A DNA stretch of 64,000 nucleotides from Longimicrobiales bacterium (GCA_965226375.1 CBDDCX010000005.1:160001-224000); one strand, 5' to 3'; shown: positions 1 through 10,006, numbered from the stretch's first letter. Translations and numbers: made by a program. The notes: generated by a model not told the origin, from the sequence alone.

Positions 1-460
1 CGAGGAACTCGAGGAACAAGTCCTGAGTGTGACGCCAAGGCCCCTCCGGTGTGTGCACCGTGTTGATGAACCTCACCCCGTCGCGGGTTCGCGATGGGGC
101 CAGACCAACGCGCACGGATGCTCCCGAGAGGTACGTAGGGAGCAGGGTCTTGGCGTATCGTTGCATGTTGAGGGTGACCTCGCAGGGATTTCCCCGAAAG
201 GCGGACCACAGCGTCTTGAAGGTCCTCAGGCCGGTTTTCGGTTGCAGGACGACGATTTCATCTATAGCGGGGTGGTGCTCGAGGAGTTGGGCTGGGGCGG
301 GCTGGGCGACCCACACCATCTGACGAGCGGGGCGATCTCGCTTGAGGGCCATGGCAACCGGGAGGCCGTGGACCACGTCGCCGATTCCCCCGAGAAGAAC
401 GATGCACACACGGTCGGCATGAGCGAGGTGTACGTCCGCACCGGCTCCCCTAGAGTTCAC
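1..460 (-). CDS. Glycosyltransferase family 9 (LPS heptosyltransferase-like), truncated by the window edge
   Basis: Manual minus-strand translation RVCIVLLGGIGDVVHGLPVAMALK...LLEHHPAIDEIVVL matches the GT9 N-terminus (xGDxxH). The GTG start overlaps the upstream stop (GTGA). Confidence 0.85.
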   Translation of the reverse strand, partial: MNSRGAGADVHLAHADRVCIVLLGGIGDVVHGLPVAMALKRDRPARQMVWVAQPAPAQLLEHHPAIDEIVVLQPKTGLRTFKTLWSAFRGNPCEVTLNMQRYAKTLLPTYLSGASVRVGLAPSRTRDGVRFINTVHTPEGPWRHTQDLFLEFL

Positions 461-870
461 GCCGGCGCATCCCCCATCGGCTCCGCCTCCATCAGGAAGA
501 GTGAGGGACCTTGGTGGGTCCGGCCCTTCACCTGTATCTGAAACCGGTACTGGCCGGCCTCGGGGAAGACCACGTCCTGCAAGGGCATGATGATCCGCGT
601 GCGTGCAGGCGGGCGCTCGGGATCGCGTCGGTCCACGTCGGAGTGCCCCCGTATGGTCATCGTGGATCGATCGGAGGGATCCAGGAGATCGACCTGGAAG
701 TCGTATCTTCCCTGGTCGGATCGGCCCCACTCCACCGCCAGCACGAGAAACATGTCGTGCTTGGCCGGGAAGCCAGGGGCCGCCAGGTCGTGGAACACGC
801 CTTTGAGGTCCAGTTTTCCTTCGGGAGTTTCCTCGACGTGGTCGCACACGAGAGCGAGCTGTAGCTGCAT
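457..870 (-). CDS. DUF6941-like hypothetical protein
   Basis: MQLQLALVCD...GKLDLKGVF...FPEAGQYRF pattern typical of this small beta-sandwich family. Confidence 0.7.
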   Translation of the reverse strand: MQLQLALVCDHVEETPEGKLDLKGVFHDLAAPGFPAKHDMFLVLAVEWGRSDQGRYDFQVDLLDPSDRSTMTIRGHSDVDRRDPERPPARTRIIMPLQDVVFPEAGQYRFQIQVKGRTHQGPSLFLMEAEPMGDAPA

Positions 871-906
871 CGACGTTCCGGTCAGTGAGTCATGGGACAA
901 ACACGA

Positions 907-1130
907 TCAGGGATTCACTTCGGGCATACCCCACCCCCCGCCACCAGGTGACCGGATACTGATAATGTCTCCGGCCTCGGCTCCGAACGAAGCCTTGGCA
1001 GGAAGGACGGTCTCCTCGTCGGCGAGAACGAAGCGCGCCGGAGGGCGGCCCCCATCTCCTCGGTGAGGGCTGTGAAGAGGTGTCGAAAGACCTCCAGGGT
1101 CACCGCGTCCGGCCTCGTGCGATCCGTCAT
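907..1130 (-). pseudogene. Hydantoinase B/5-oxoprolinase remnant with a large internal deletion
   Basis: N-terminus DAVTLEVFRHLFTALTEEMGAALRRASFSP is joined out of frame to the family C-terminus LPAKASFGAEAGDIISIRSPGGGGWG. Confidence 0.85.
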
Positions 1131-1286
1131 GGCGCCCGTACGGAGCGCCCGATTCGGCACGACAGGGGCGCGTAGACCGCTAGTTGGCCGACCATGGGGC
1201 ATTAGTTAAGTTGAATGGCTGAGATATTATGTTGCATTCTCGGAGCGGGCAAAGAGTCCCGCTCCTGACGTATACGGGAGGTGTAG

Positions 1287-1670
1287 GTGCCCAACGAAAA
1301 ACTCTTCGCGCAGGCTCGGGACGAGTTGTTTAGCCATATCAACCGATGTGGTGTTCTCACCGCCACGGATGAGGACAAGACTGTTTGGATGGACGAGACC
1401 ATCGACTATCTAGGCGAGCGTTACCCCGAGTTGGCGAAGCCCGATCTCTCCGAGCTGTACTCCGTAGGGATACGGTTTTGCCAGCCTGCTATCAACAACG
1501 TGCCGACCCAGACGGCCGTTGCAGATCCTCCGCTTGCGGATACCGAAGCGGAGGTCGTGCCCGGGGCGGAGCCCGTCGCGGAAGGCGATTCGCTCGACGA
1601 GCAGACGGCCGCCTCGACGGGTGGAGCCGAGAATACCCCGGACGAAGGCGACGACGCAAACGCAGCCTGA
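1287..1670 (+). CDS. Hypothetical protein (helical N-domain, acidic tail)
   Basis: GGAGGT RBS before GTG; downstream terminator. Confidence 0.8.
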   Translation: MPNEKLFAQARDELFSHINRCGVLTATDEDKTVWMDETIDYLGERYPELAKPDLSELYSVGIRFCQPAINNVPTQTAVADPPLADTEAEVVPGAEPVAEGDSLDEQTAASTGGAENTPDEGDDANAA

Positions 1671-1706
1671 GCGCATCGAAGCGATCGAGCCGCGCAGTAA
1701 TGGAGC

Positions 1707-1740
1707 GGCGGGGGACGGTGGTTTCCCGCCGTTTTTCTTT
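1707..1740 (+). terminator. Rho-independent terminator
   Basis: CGGCGGG...CCCGCCG stem followed by TTTTTCTTT. Confidence 0.7.
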
Positions 1741-1957
1741 GTAGGTCACTGAAGTTGGGGCCATGATGGGCCGAGATCTCCACCTGCTCATGCCCACGTT
1801 TTGCGGACTCGCGTGACGCGTGATATCTTGCCGGGCCTTTCGCGGCGGAATGGGGATGGAGAAGGGCCGGACGGGCCATCCCACAGCCCTCCGGTTGGGC
1901 TTAATTCTATTCTCTTGGAACACAAGACCGCGGGCTTGTCGAGCGCTACGAGATCTC

Positions 1958-2329
1958 ATGAGCAACACGAAACCGGATAGCGTCGTGGACGAAGCTGAAA
2001 CGCCCTTTCCGCTCTCCGACGAGAAGGGACTCCTACGGCTCTACTACGAGGGGAACCGTTTACCGTCCCCCACGGGAGGGTTCCTCATGGTGCTGCGCGT
2101 GCAGCCGGAGGCGGACGGGTCGGGGTCGATGCTCCTCGAGTGCAATTCCTCTTCTCTCCGTTACCGGCTCAACGTCAACAAGGCCACGCGCACGGAGCGA
2201 GCGAAGGTCCGGGAGATGGTGGACGATGGCCGGGAGCCCAAGTGCCCACGACATGTGGACCAGCTCCTGATCCGTGTAAAGAACGACTTTTTGTGCCCGC
2301 TTTGCGGGGTGCGTTTCGCCAAAGCGTGA
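1958..2329 (+). CDS. Hypothetical protein with a C-terminal putative Zn site
   Basis: ORF from MSNTKPD; CPRH...CPLC at the C-terminus. Confidence 0.75.
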   Translation: MSNTKPDSVVDEAETPFPLSDEKGLLRLYYEGNRLPSPTGGFLMVLRVQPEADGSGSMLLECNSSSLRYRLNVNKATRTERAKVREMVDDGREPKCPRHVDQLLIRVKNDFLCPLCGVRFAKA

Positions 2330-2450
2330 TGCGCTGAACTCCGAAACCGATGACGTCGGCAGGCCTAAAAAAAACAGGGTGGTGATTGGGATCGGCCTTC
2401 ATTAAGTTCGGGGCAGACGTCTAACCTCCAGCCGAAGGAGCCATATCGCG

Positions 2451-3548
2451 ATGTCAGAGCGATTCCTCAGCTCCGAGGAATACGACGAACAAGCGCACCA
2501 GCTCTACAACGACGGTGACTATGAAGGGGCCCTCGAGATGCTCAAGGAGGGCCTTTCGTTATACCCCAATGCCGCCGAGTTATGTGTGGGGCTGGGCTAC
2601 GCTCGTCTGGCCAGGGAGGAATATGCGTGGGCGAGGCAGGCATTCGAGCGTGCTCTCGTCCTCGACAATGGGCACGAGGACGGCTTGGTGGGCCTCGGTG
2701 AGACGCTGCTCCGATTCGGTGAGCAGGAAGCGGCGCTCGGCTTGTTCGAGCGTGTCGCCTCCATGGGCTTCGAGGACGATGTCGAGCTCATGCTGACCAT
2801 GGGACGTGCGCTTTACCGAGAGAGTCTCTACGCCGCGAGCCGAGACGTGTTCGCCAAGGCCGCGGCGGCCCGACCCGACAACGCCGAGGCGGCGGCCTCG
2901 CTCGGCTATTCGCTCCACAGGCTCGGTGATGAGGTCGGAGCGGGTCGGCAGATCAGACGAGCCTTGCGCTTGGACCCCGACCTCCATGAGGCCCGGGTGT
3001 ATCTCGGACACCTTCTGTACGATCGCGGCGATTGGGATGGCGCGCTCCGGGAGTTCGAGCGTGTTCCGCCGCTCGATCATTGGGACTCACTCGCGGTGTG
3101 GCGACTCATCGAACTCAAGCGGGCGCTCTGGCACATGGAGGAGGGTGACGAGCGCTTGGAGCCGTGGCAGGAGCGGTTAGCTGGACTCGAGGCGCTCCAT
3201 GATCCGATCGACCGGCTTCTCGCGGAGGTCGAAGCTCAGGTCAATGGAGTACAGGGACCCTTGCCCGACCCCAGCCAGCTCGAGCTCTTCGAGCGTGGAG
3301 AGCGCACTGCGGACACCGAGGTGCACCAGATTCGTCTTGCCGACGGGCACCTGTTTAGGGGGACTTGGCATGAAATCGTGCGCCAGATGCGAGATCACGC
3401 GGGGTTCTCGCACGAGACGTTGTCACACTACATGAGGAGGCTGGCCGAGCGCTGGCACGAGCAATGCGGTGTAGAGATTCCGTTCCTTGATCCCCAGAGC
3501 TTCCTTCAGGCGGCCATAAAGGCTGCTGTGGTGTATCTCGAAGACTGA
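2451..3548 (+). CDS. Tetratricopeptide-repeat protein with an unknown C-terminal domain
   Basis: Multiple TPR-like repeats; AAGGAG RBS. Confidence 0.85.
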   Translation: MSERFLSSEEYDEQAHQLYNDGDYEGALEMLKEGLSLYPNAAELCVGLGYARLAREEYAWARQAFERALVLDNGHEDGLVGLGETLLRFGEQEAALGLFERVASMGFEDDVELMLTMGRALYRESLYAASRDVFAKAAAARPDNAEAAASLGYSLHRLGDEVGAGRQIRRALRLDPDLHEARVYLGHLLYDRGDWDGALREFERVPPLDHWDSLAVWRLIELKRALWHMEEGDERLEPWQERLAGLEALHDPIDRLLAEVEAQVNGVQGPLPDPSQLELFERGERTADTEVHQIRLADGHLFRGTWHEIVRQMRDHAGFSHETLSHYMRRLAERWHEQCGVEIPFLDPQSFLQAAIKAAVVYLED

Positions 3549-3570
3549 GTCCCCTCGCAGACTGAGTCCC

Positions 3571-4581
3571 ATGCCTCCAACCAGCGACACTCTCGACCGA
3601 TTCCACCAGGTCTTGCTGCATGAGATCTCGGAGTCCCGACCCGAGTACCTGACCACGCCCTTTACGGTTGCGGAGATCTATCAGAATCTGGTGCCGTACC
3701 GGTCCCATCGCGACCTCATCGGTGTCGAGATGAATGGGGACTACGAGGATATTCTCTTGAGGCTTTTGGCCGGAGAGGGTGACTACCTCGTCCTCGACTC
3801 CGAAGTGGCTCGTCGTGAGATCCGCGAGGAGTTGGAGAGCCCGAATCCGAATACGGGTCTCTTCCGTGATTTTGCGGCTGTAGATGTCCGGCTGAACCCG
3901 GATCGGATCCTTGCCGGCGCGGTTGATCGGAATGGCGATCCGCAGCGCGAAGAGGAGGATGGTACGTCCCTCCTCGAGATCGAACCGCAAGAGTCGGAGG
4001 TGGTCGTCGATATCGCGGAACTGAGTCCCGACGAGGACGGTGGTGAGGTGGGCGGTGTAGACGCTCCGGAAGTTGGGGCGTCCGGAGAGGATGGGGTAGT
4101 CGGTCACATCGATTTGGTGGATGTCGGTTTCCTGAACGCGATGCCGGGTACGGAGGCAGAGGAGATCGAGCCGCAGGGGTACGACGCCTCAGAGGCATCG
4201 AGCGGCGAGGACGCTTCAGAGGCGCTCGCCAAGCAGAACGACGTGCCCGACGAGCCGGGAACGTTTGCCAAGCTCGAGCAGCCGGGGGTGCCCGAGCGGT
4301 CCGCGGAGCCCGAGTCTGAACAGATCGACGAGCCGGAGGAGTCCGGTGAGCTTGCGGCGCCCGAGGAGCCGGAAGGGGTGGCGGCTCCCGCTGCGTCAGA
4401 CGAGGGTGAGCCATCGGCCTGCCACTGGTGCCGTCAGAATCTACCGAGTCGTGAGCTCCTCAACTTCTGTCCCTTTTGCGGCAGCGACATGAGGCTCTTC
4501 CCTTGCCCCAAGTGTGGGGAGGAACTCGAGCCTGGCTGGCAGTTCTGTGTCTCCTGCGGGACCGAAGTGAGTGGTGAGTAG
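3571..4581 (+). CDS. Double zinc-ribbon protein with an acidic linker
   Basis: C-terminal CHWC..CPFC..CPKC..CVSC; D/E-rich middle. Confidence 0.8.
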   Translation: MPPTSDTLDRFHQVLLHEISESRPEYLTTPFTVAEIYQNLVPYRSHRDLIGVEMNGDYEDILLRLLAGEGDYLVLDSEVARREIREELESPNPNTGLFRDFAAVDVRLNPDRILAGAVDRNGDPQREEEDGTSLLEIEPQESEVVVDIAELSPDEDGGEVGGVDAPEVGASGEDGVVGHIDLVDVGFLNAMPGTEAEEIEPQGYDASEASSGEDASEALAKQNDVPDEPGTFAKLEQPGVPERSAEPESEQIDEPEESGELAAPEEPEGVAAPAASDEGEPSACHWCRQNLPSRELLNFCPFCGSDMRLFPCPKCGEELEPGWQFCVSCGTEVSGE

Positions 4582-5032
4582 GCTTCACCACGTTCCGGCG
4601 CTGGTGCTGCTCGCGTTAGCCAGGTGTGGAGTAGAGGCCGAGACACAGGCCGGAGAGGCCGCTTCTGCTACCGTCCGCGAGCCACCGCTCCCGGGCGTGG
4701 AGATCGTCCAGATCATCCAACTGGGTGGTGGTAGAGATCAGGAACACGTGATTCCCCTGGCCAGTGAGATCTCGGCGGGATGGGTCGAATTCATCACTCT
4801 CGACCGCAGGGTGCACACCCTCTCGTTCATCGTCGACTCTCTCGCTGCCGAGGCTTACGACTATCTGCGGACCACGGACCAGGTACACAGCCCGCCCCTC
4901 CTCGAGCGAGGGACCCGGTTCCTCGTGGACCTCAGTGGGGCGCCGGAAGGACGATACGTCTTCTCGAGCCGGAGTCATGGAGAGCCGGTCTACGGGAGTA
5001 TCACTGTCCGGAGGGGAACAGTCCCGTCTTGA
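4571..5032 (+). CDS. Putative exported/lipoprotein, cupredoxin-like fold
   Basis: Hydrophobic leader ending in Cys; H-T-L-S-F...GRYVF...HG...GSITV beta pattern, with no full copper ligand set. Confidence 0.55.
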   Translation: MVSRLHHVPALVLLALARCGVEAETQAGEAASATVREPPLPGVEIVQIIQLGGGRDQEHVIPLASEISAGWVEFITLDRRVHTLSFIVDSLAAEAYDYLRTTDQVHSPPLLERGTRFLVDLSGAPEGRYVFSSRSHGEPVYGSITVRRGTVPS

Positions 5033-5091
5033 GCCCACGGCGCTCCGACCCTCTTTTGGGCTCCCGAGCTTCGGTAACGAAACCCTAGGCG

Positions 5092-6147
5092 ATGCCTCGA
5101 ATCGCCATCATTCCCGGAGACGGGATCGGGACTGAAGTGACGCGTGAGGCGATCCGCGTATTGGAATGCCTCCGAGACGTCGCGACACTCGACCTCGAAC
5201 TCGTCGAACAGGATCTGGGGGCCGAGCGGTACCTTCGAGACGGGGTGACCATCACGGAAGAGGAGTTTCGTTCCCTCTCCGAAGACTACGACGCCGTCTT
5301 CCTGGGGGCCCTGGGTGACCCGAGGGTCCCCGACAATGCCCACGCTCGGGATATCCTCTTGGGCATGCGCTTCCGCCTCGACCTCTTCGTCAACTTTCGC
5401 CCGTGCGTGCCCCTGCATCCCTCGCTTTGTCCCCTCAAGGATGCGGGCCCCATCCATCTGGAGATCTTCCGGGAGAACACCGAGGGTCTTTATGTGAACC
5501 GTGGGCGGGTCATCGACGAGGGGACACCCGACGAGGTGGCGATCCAGGAGGACCTCAACACCCGGCCGGCGGTGGAGCGCATCATACGGGCGGCCTTCGA
5601 GCATGCGGATTCGAATGGACGCGATCGAGTGACCATGGTCGATAAGGCCAATGCCATGCCCAAGGCCGGCTCGTTATGGCGCCGCACCTTCGCGGAGGTG
5701 GGCGAGCACTATCCTGACGTCCGGCAAGACTGTATGTATGTGGATGCAATGGCCATGGACCTTGTGCGCCGGCCGGACCATTACTCGGTGATCGTGACCT
5801 CGAATCTGTTCGGGGACATTCTCAGCGACCTGGCCGCGGAGATCACGGGTGGGCTGGGACTTGCCCCTTCGGCCAACATACATCCGGGTCGCCACGCTCT
5901 TTTCGAGCCGGTCCATGGTTCTGCACCTGACATAGCGGGGAAAGGCATCGCGAACCCCATGGGCGCGATCCGATGCGTCGCCCTGCTCCTTGCCCACTTC
6001 GCGTGGCACGAGGAGTCGGCGGCGGTGGAGAGCGCGGTCCGGGAGGCCTTCAGCGAAGGCGTGATGACGCCCGATCTCGGGGGGAGCAGTTCCACGTCGG
6101 ACGTTGGTCGGTGGATTTGCGGCGCCCTGGCGACGGGCGGGCCCTGA
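5092..6147 (+). CDS. leuB: 3-isopropylmalate dehydrogenase / isocitrate-isopropylmalate dehydrogenase family
   Basis: IPGDGIG, RENTEGLY, NLFGDILSD and FEPVHGSAPDIAGKGIANP motifs; substrate not certain. Confidence 0.8.
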   Translation: MPRIAIIPGDGIGTEVTREAIRVLECLRDVATLDLELVEQDLGAERYLRDGVTITEEEFRSLSEDYDAVFLGALGDPRVPDNAHARDILLGMRFRLDLFVNFRPCVPLHPSLCPLKDAGPIHLEIFRENTEGLYVNRGRVIDEGTPDEVAIQEDLNTRPAVERIIRAAFEHADSNGRDRVTMVDKANAMPKAGSLWRRTFAEVGEHYPDVRQDCMYVDAMAMDLVRRPDHYSVIVTSNLFGDILSDLAAEITGGLGLAPSANIHPGRHALFEPVHGSAPDIAGKGIANPMGAIRCVALLLAHFAWHEESAAVESAVREAFSEGVMTPDLGGSSSTSDVGRWICGALATGGP

Positions 6148-6174
6148 ACATCTCACAGCAACGGATGACCCAAG

Positions 6175-7437
6175 ATGGCTGAACGACGCACCATCGGTCA
6201 GATCCTCATGAGCTTCGGCCGCATCACGGAAGAGGATGTGGAGAAGGCGCTGGCGCATCAGCGAGAGGCCGGAGGGTTCTTCGGCGAGTCGCTTCTGGCT
6301 CTGGAACTCGTGAGCCCCGAGGAGCTCGAGTGGGGATTGGCGTCCCAGTTCGACCTCCCCTACGTGTTCCCTGATGCCGACAGCATCGATCCCGAGGCGG
6401 CGGCTCTTGTGTCGCCTGAGTGGGCTTTGGCCAACCTCACGCTTCCCATCATGAAAACAAGGAGGGTCCTCACCGTGGTGGTGGACTCGCCCATCAAGAC
6501 GGAGGCCGTGGACGTGCTCCAGGCCCGGACAGATCTGACCATCGAACTGGCTCTGGCTTCTTCCACGAAGATCCGTGAGCTGATCCGCCAGGTGTACGCT
6601 CGAGCCGCCGCCCAGGACGAGGGAGAGCGGCCCGCTCCGGCCAACATCTCAGACGTGTTCTCGATGGCCTTGGACGCGACGTCCAAGCGATTCGGCATCT
6701 CCACCCGCGGCCATCGGGCTTGGGCATGGTATGACGACACCGGTCGGATCCTGAGAAGGCCACTCGAGGGCCTCTGGAACTCCGAGCTTCAGGAGCTCAT
6801 CTCGCCCCCGCCGAACGAGGAAATCGGTGATGCCCTGAGAGCGAAATGGAGTGGGCACGTCAACAGGGAGGGCATGGTTACACCCATCGAGATCCAGTAT
6901 CTGGCAGATGAAAGCGGCTCGGAATACCTGTTCCGGCCCATCGAGGCTCACGCCCAGCTGCAGGAGAAGTATCCACCACCGGCCGCGGGAATCATGTCCG
7001 AGATCAGGCTTTTGGCCCGGTCGGGAACCGCTCGCTTCCTGGTCGTCACGGACCCGCTCGAGCTGGGCCACGACATTCTGCCTCACCTGCCTACGCTCAT
7101 GCTCGACACATCATGGCGAAGCATCTACCTGACGGACCCGGAAAGCCGCGCCGCGAGCCAAGCTTTCTCGGTCGAGCTCCCGATGAGCGAAGATGATTGG
7201 GCGGCGGAGCTGGACTCCATCCGTGGCTTTCACTTCGACGTGGTCACGGTGGACCTGCCCGGAGATCCTGAGAAGTGGCTACAGTCGGCGCTGGACATCG
7301 CCGCCATCGCGTTCGTGCGCTGGACGGGTGAGGCTGAAACCCGCGTCGCCCACGAGGCCGGCATCCGCTGGGAGCTGAAGATCGAAGCTCGAGAGGGGGA
7401 CAAGCTCGAGTGGAGCCTGGAGCCGCTCCACGGATGA
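6175..7437 (+). CDS. MshEN/GspE N-terminal domain protein with a degenerate PilB-like C-terminus
   Basis: TIGQILMSFGRITEEDVEKALAHQ...FFGESLLALELVSPEELEWGLASQ tandem motif; no Walker A. Confidence 0.75.
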   Translation: MAERRTIGQILMSFGRITEEDVEKALAHQREAGGFFGESLLALELVSPEELEWGLASQFDLPYVFPDADSIDPEAAALVSPEWALANLTLPIMKTRRVLTVVVDSPIKTEAVDVLQARTDLTIELALASSTKIRELIRQVYARAAAQDEGERPAPANISDVFSMALDATSKRFGISTRGHRAWAWYDDTGRILRRPLEGLWNSELQELISPPPNEEIGDALRAKWSGHVNREGMVTPIEIQYLADESGSEYLFRPIEAHAQLQEKYPPPAAGIMSEIRLLARSGTARFLVVTDPLELGHDILPHLPTLMLDTSWRSIYLTDPESRAASQAFSVELPMSEDDWAAELDSIRGFHFDVVTVDLPGDPEKWLQSALDIAAIAFVRWTGEAETRVAHEAGIRWELKIEAREGDKLEWSLEPLHG

Positions 7438-7486
7438 CCAGGGGCACGCGCGGAATCACTGAGAATACGAACGACAAGGACACCTG

Positions 7487-8566
7487 ATGGCTCAGATCGA
7501 CCAGTTTCTCAAGGTGATGGTGGACCAGGGGGGTTCGGATCTCCACCTGACGACGGGCTCCGTACCCGTCATCCGTGTCCACGGCCATATGCAGCGGATC
7601 AAGTTCCGTGAGCTATCGGCCAAGGACACGGAGAAGCTCATCTTCGAGATCATGGAAGAGGAGTGGCGGATGCGGTTCCTCGACGAGATGGACTTCGACT
7701 TCGCTTACGAGATTCCGGGGGTTTCGCGCTTCAGAGTCAACGTCTTCCATCAGAAAAACGGGCTCGGCGCGGTCATGCGAACGATCCCCACTGAAATCCT
7801 GACTGCCGACCAGTTGGGTCTGCCTGAGGCGGTCCGGAAGATGTGTATGCTCAGCAAGGGCCTGGTGCTCGTCACAGGGCCCACAGGGTCGGGCAAAAGC
7901 ACGACGCTGGCGGCCATGGTAGACCTCATCAACGAGACCCGTGCCGACCACATCCTCACCATCGAGGATCCCATTGAGTTCGTGCATCCCAACAAGAAGT
8001 GTCTGGTCAACCAGCGCGAGGTCGGTACGAACACCAAGAGCTTTGCAAATGCGCTGCGGGCGGCACTCCGGGAGGATCCGGACGTGATCCTCGTGGGAGA
8101 GATGCGTGACCGGGAGACCATCGAGCTGGGCATTACGGCTGCCGAGACCGGTCACCTCGTGTTCGGGACGCTTCACACGAATTCCGCGCCCAAGACGATC
8201 GACCGCATCATCGACGTCTTCCCGGCGGACCAGCAGGAGCAGATCCGGTCCATGCTCGCCGAGTCCATCAAGGGGGTGGTCGCCCAAGTTCTCCTTCGAA
8301 AGAAGGGTGGCAAGGGCCGCTGTGCCGCCTGGGAGATCATGGTGGGAACCAACGCGATCAGAGCGCTGATTCGGGAAGGCAAGATCCACCAGATCCCGTC
8401 CATGATCCAGACCGGCAAGAAGGACGGCATGCAGCTCATGGATCAGCACATCCTCGAGTACCTCATGTCGGGCGTGATTGACGGGACAGAGGCCTATATG
8501 AAGGCCAACCAAAAAGACGCGTTCAAGCAGTACCTGGAGCAGAAGCCGGACGAGGAGTTCGTCTAG
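7487..8566 (+). CDS. pilT: Type IV pilus retraction ATPase PilT
   Basis: GPTGSGKST, TIEDPIE, LREDPDVILVGEMRD, GTLHTNSA and AIRALIRE motifs. Confidence 0.95.
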   Translation: MAQIDQFLKVMVDQGGSDLHLTTGSVPVIRVHGHMQRIKFRELSAKDTEKLIFEIMEEEWRMRFLDEMDFDFAYEIPGVSRFRVNVFHQKNGLGAVMRTIPTEILTADQLGLPEAVRKMCMLSKGLVLVTGPTGSGKSTTLAAMVDLINETRADHILTIEDPIEFVHPNKKCLVNQREVGTNTKSFANALRAALREDPDVILVGEMRDRETIELGITAAETGHLVFGTLHTNSAPKTIDRIIDVFPADQQEQIRSMLAESIKGVVAQVLLRKKGGKGRCAAWEIMVGTNAIRALIREGKIHQIPSMIQTGKKDGMQLMDQHILEYLMSGVIDGTEAYMKANQKDAFKQYLEQKPDEEFV

Positions 8567-8788
8567 AGGGCCTTGGTGCGGAATCGTCGCCTGCTTGTTG
8601 GATCCTCGGTGCTCCTGACGCCACCCGCAGCGTTACCCCAGCCTTCTGGGGCCGGCCCCAGAGTGTAGTGCGTGGCCGCGCGGAATCACGAATCGTTCCA
8701 ACTCGGCGGGGGTAGCCCAAGGTCCGGTGGCACCTCGATTCCGATGCGCCGATTCGTGAGCAACGATCATCAGACTTGTGAGGGCTAG

Positions 8789-9994
8789 ATGGGAACACAG
8801 GGGCAATCCAAGGACGTCGTCATCCTCTCTGGCAAGAGGACCGCTTTCGGGACCTTCGGGGGGAGCCTGAAGAGCTTCACCGCCTCCGATCTGGGCGTGT
8901 TTTCGAGCAAGGCCGCCATCGATGCCGCGGGCATTACCTCCGATCAGGTCGACCACACCTTTTTCGGCAACGCCCTGCAGACCTCGGCGGATGCCATCTA
9001 CCTCGCGCGCCACGTAGCGCTCCGCTCGGGCGTTCCCCAGGAGAAGCCGGCCCTGACGGTCAATCGGCTGTGCGGCTCGGGTTTCGAGGCTATCGTGCAG
9101 GGTGCCAAGGAGATCTTGCTCGGCGGTGCCGACGTGACCCTCTGCGGGGGCACCGAATCGATGAGCCAGGCTCCGCACGTGCTTCGAGGGGCGCGGTGGG
9201 GCAACCTTCGGCTCGGACCTGCGGGCGGTGCCCTGGAGGACCTGCTCTGGGAGTCGCTCATGGACACGAATTGTGACCTGACCATGGCCCAGACGGCTGA
9301 GGAACTGGCGGAGCGCTACGAAGTCACGCGTGAAGAGGTCGATCAAGTCGCCTGCGCGAGCCAACAGCGGGCAAAGGCAGCTTGGGACGAGGGTCGCTTC
9401 GAGGCAGAGATCACGCCGGTCACCGTCAAGTCGAGGAAGGGTGAGACCGAGTTCGCGTATGATGAGCACATACGTCCGGATGTCACCCTCGAGGGCCTCG
9501 GTGCGCTCCGTCCTTACTTCAAGAAGGACGGACTCGTGACGGCCGGAAACGCCAGTGGAATCGGCGACGGATCGGCGAGCGCAGTAGTGGCGTCGGCCGA
9601 GTGGGCCGAACAGAACGGAATCGAGCCGTTGGGACGCATCGTATCCTGGGGCTTCGTGGGAGTGGAGCCCAGCGTGATGGGTATCGGGCCCGCACCGGCA
9701 GCCCGCATGGCGCTGGAGCAGGCGGGCTTGACTCTCGAGGACATGGACCTCGTGGAGGTCAACGAGGCTTTTGCGCCACAGTACAAGTCCGTGGAGAAGG
9801 AGCTCGGGCTAGATCCTGAGAAGACCAACGTCAATGGTGGTGCCATCGCGATCACGCACCCTTTGGCCGCGTCCGGTGCCCGTATCACGATTCACCTGCT
9901 TCACGAACTGCGCCGGATTGGGGGGCGCTACGGTCTCGGGTCCGCGTGCATCGGTGGTGGGCAGGGTGGGGCCGTGATCGTCGAGATCCCGTAG
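8789..9994 (+). CDS. Acetyl-CoA C-acyltransferase (thiolase)
   Basis: NRLCGSG, NEAFA, NGGAIAITHP and CIGGGQG motifs. Confidence 0.95.
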   Translation: MGTQGQSKDVVILSGKRTAFGTFGGSLKSFTASDLGVFSSKAAIDAAGITSDQVDHTFFGNALQTSADAIYLARHVALRSGVPQEKPALTVNRLCGSGFEAIVQGAKEILLGGADVTLCGGTESMSQAPHVLRGARWGNLRLGPAGGALEDLLWESLMDTNCDLTMAQTAEELAERYEVTREEVDQVACASQQRAKAAWDEGRFEAEITPVTVKSRKGETEFAYDEHIRPDVTLEGLGALRPYFKKDGLVTAGNASGIGDGSASAVVASAEWAEQNGIEPLGRIVSWGFVGVEPSVMGIGPAPAARMALEQAGLTLEDMDLVEVNEAFAPQYKSVEKELGLDPEKTNVNGGAIAITHPLAASGARITIHLLHELRRIGGRYGLGSACIGGGQGGAVIVEIP

Positions 9995-10006
9995 GATACC
10001 GCGGGC

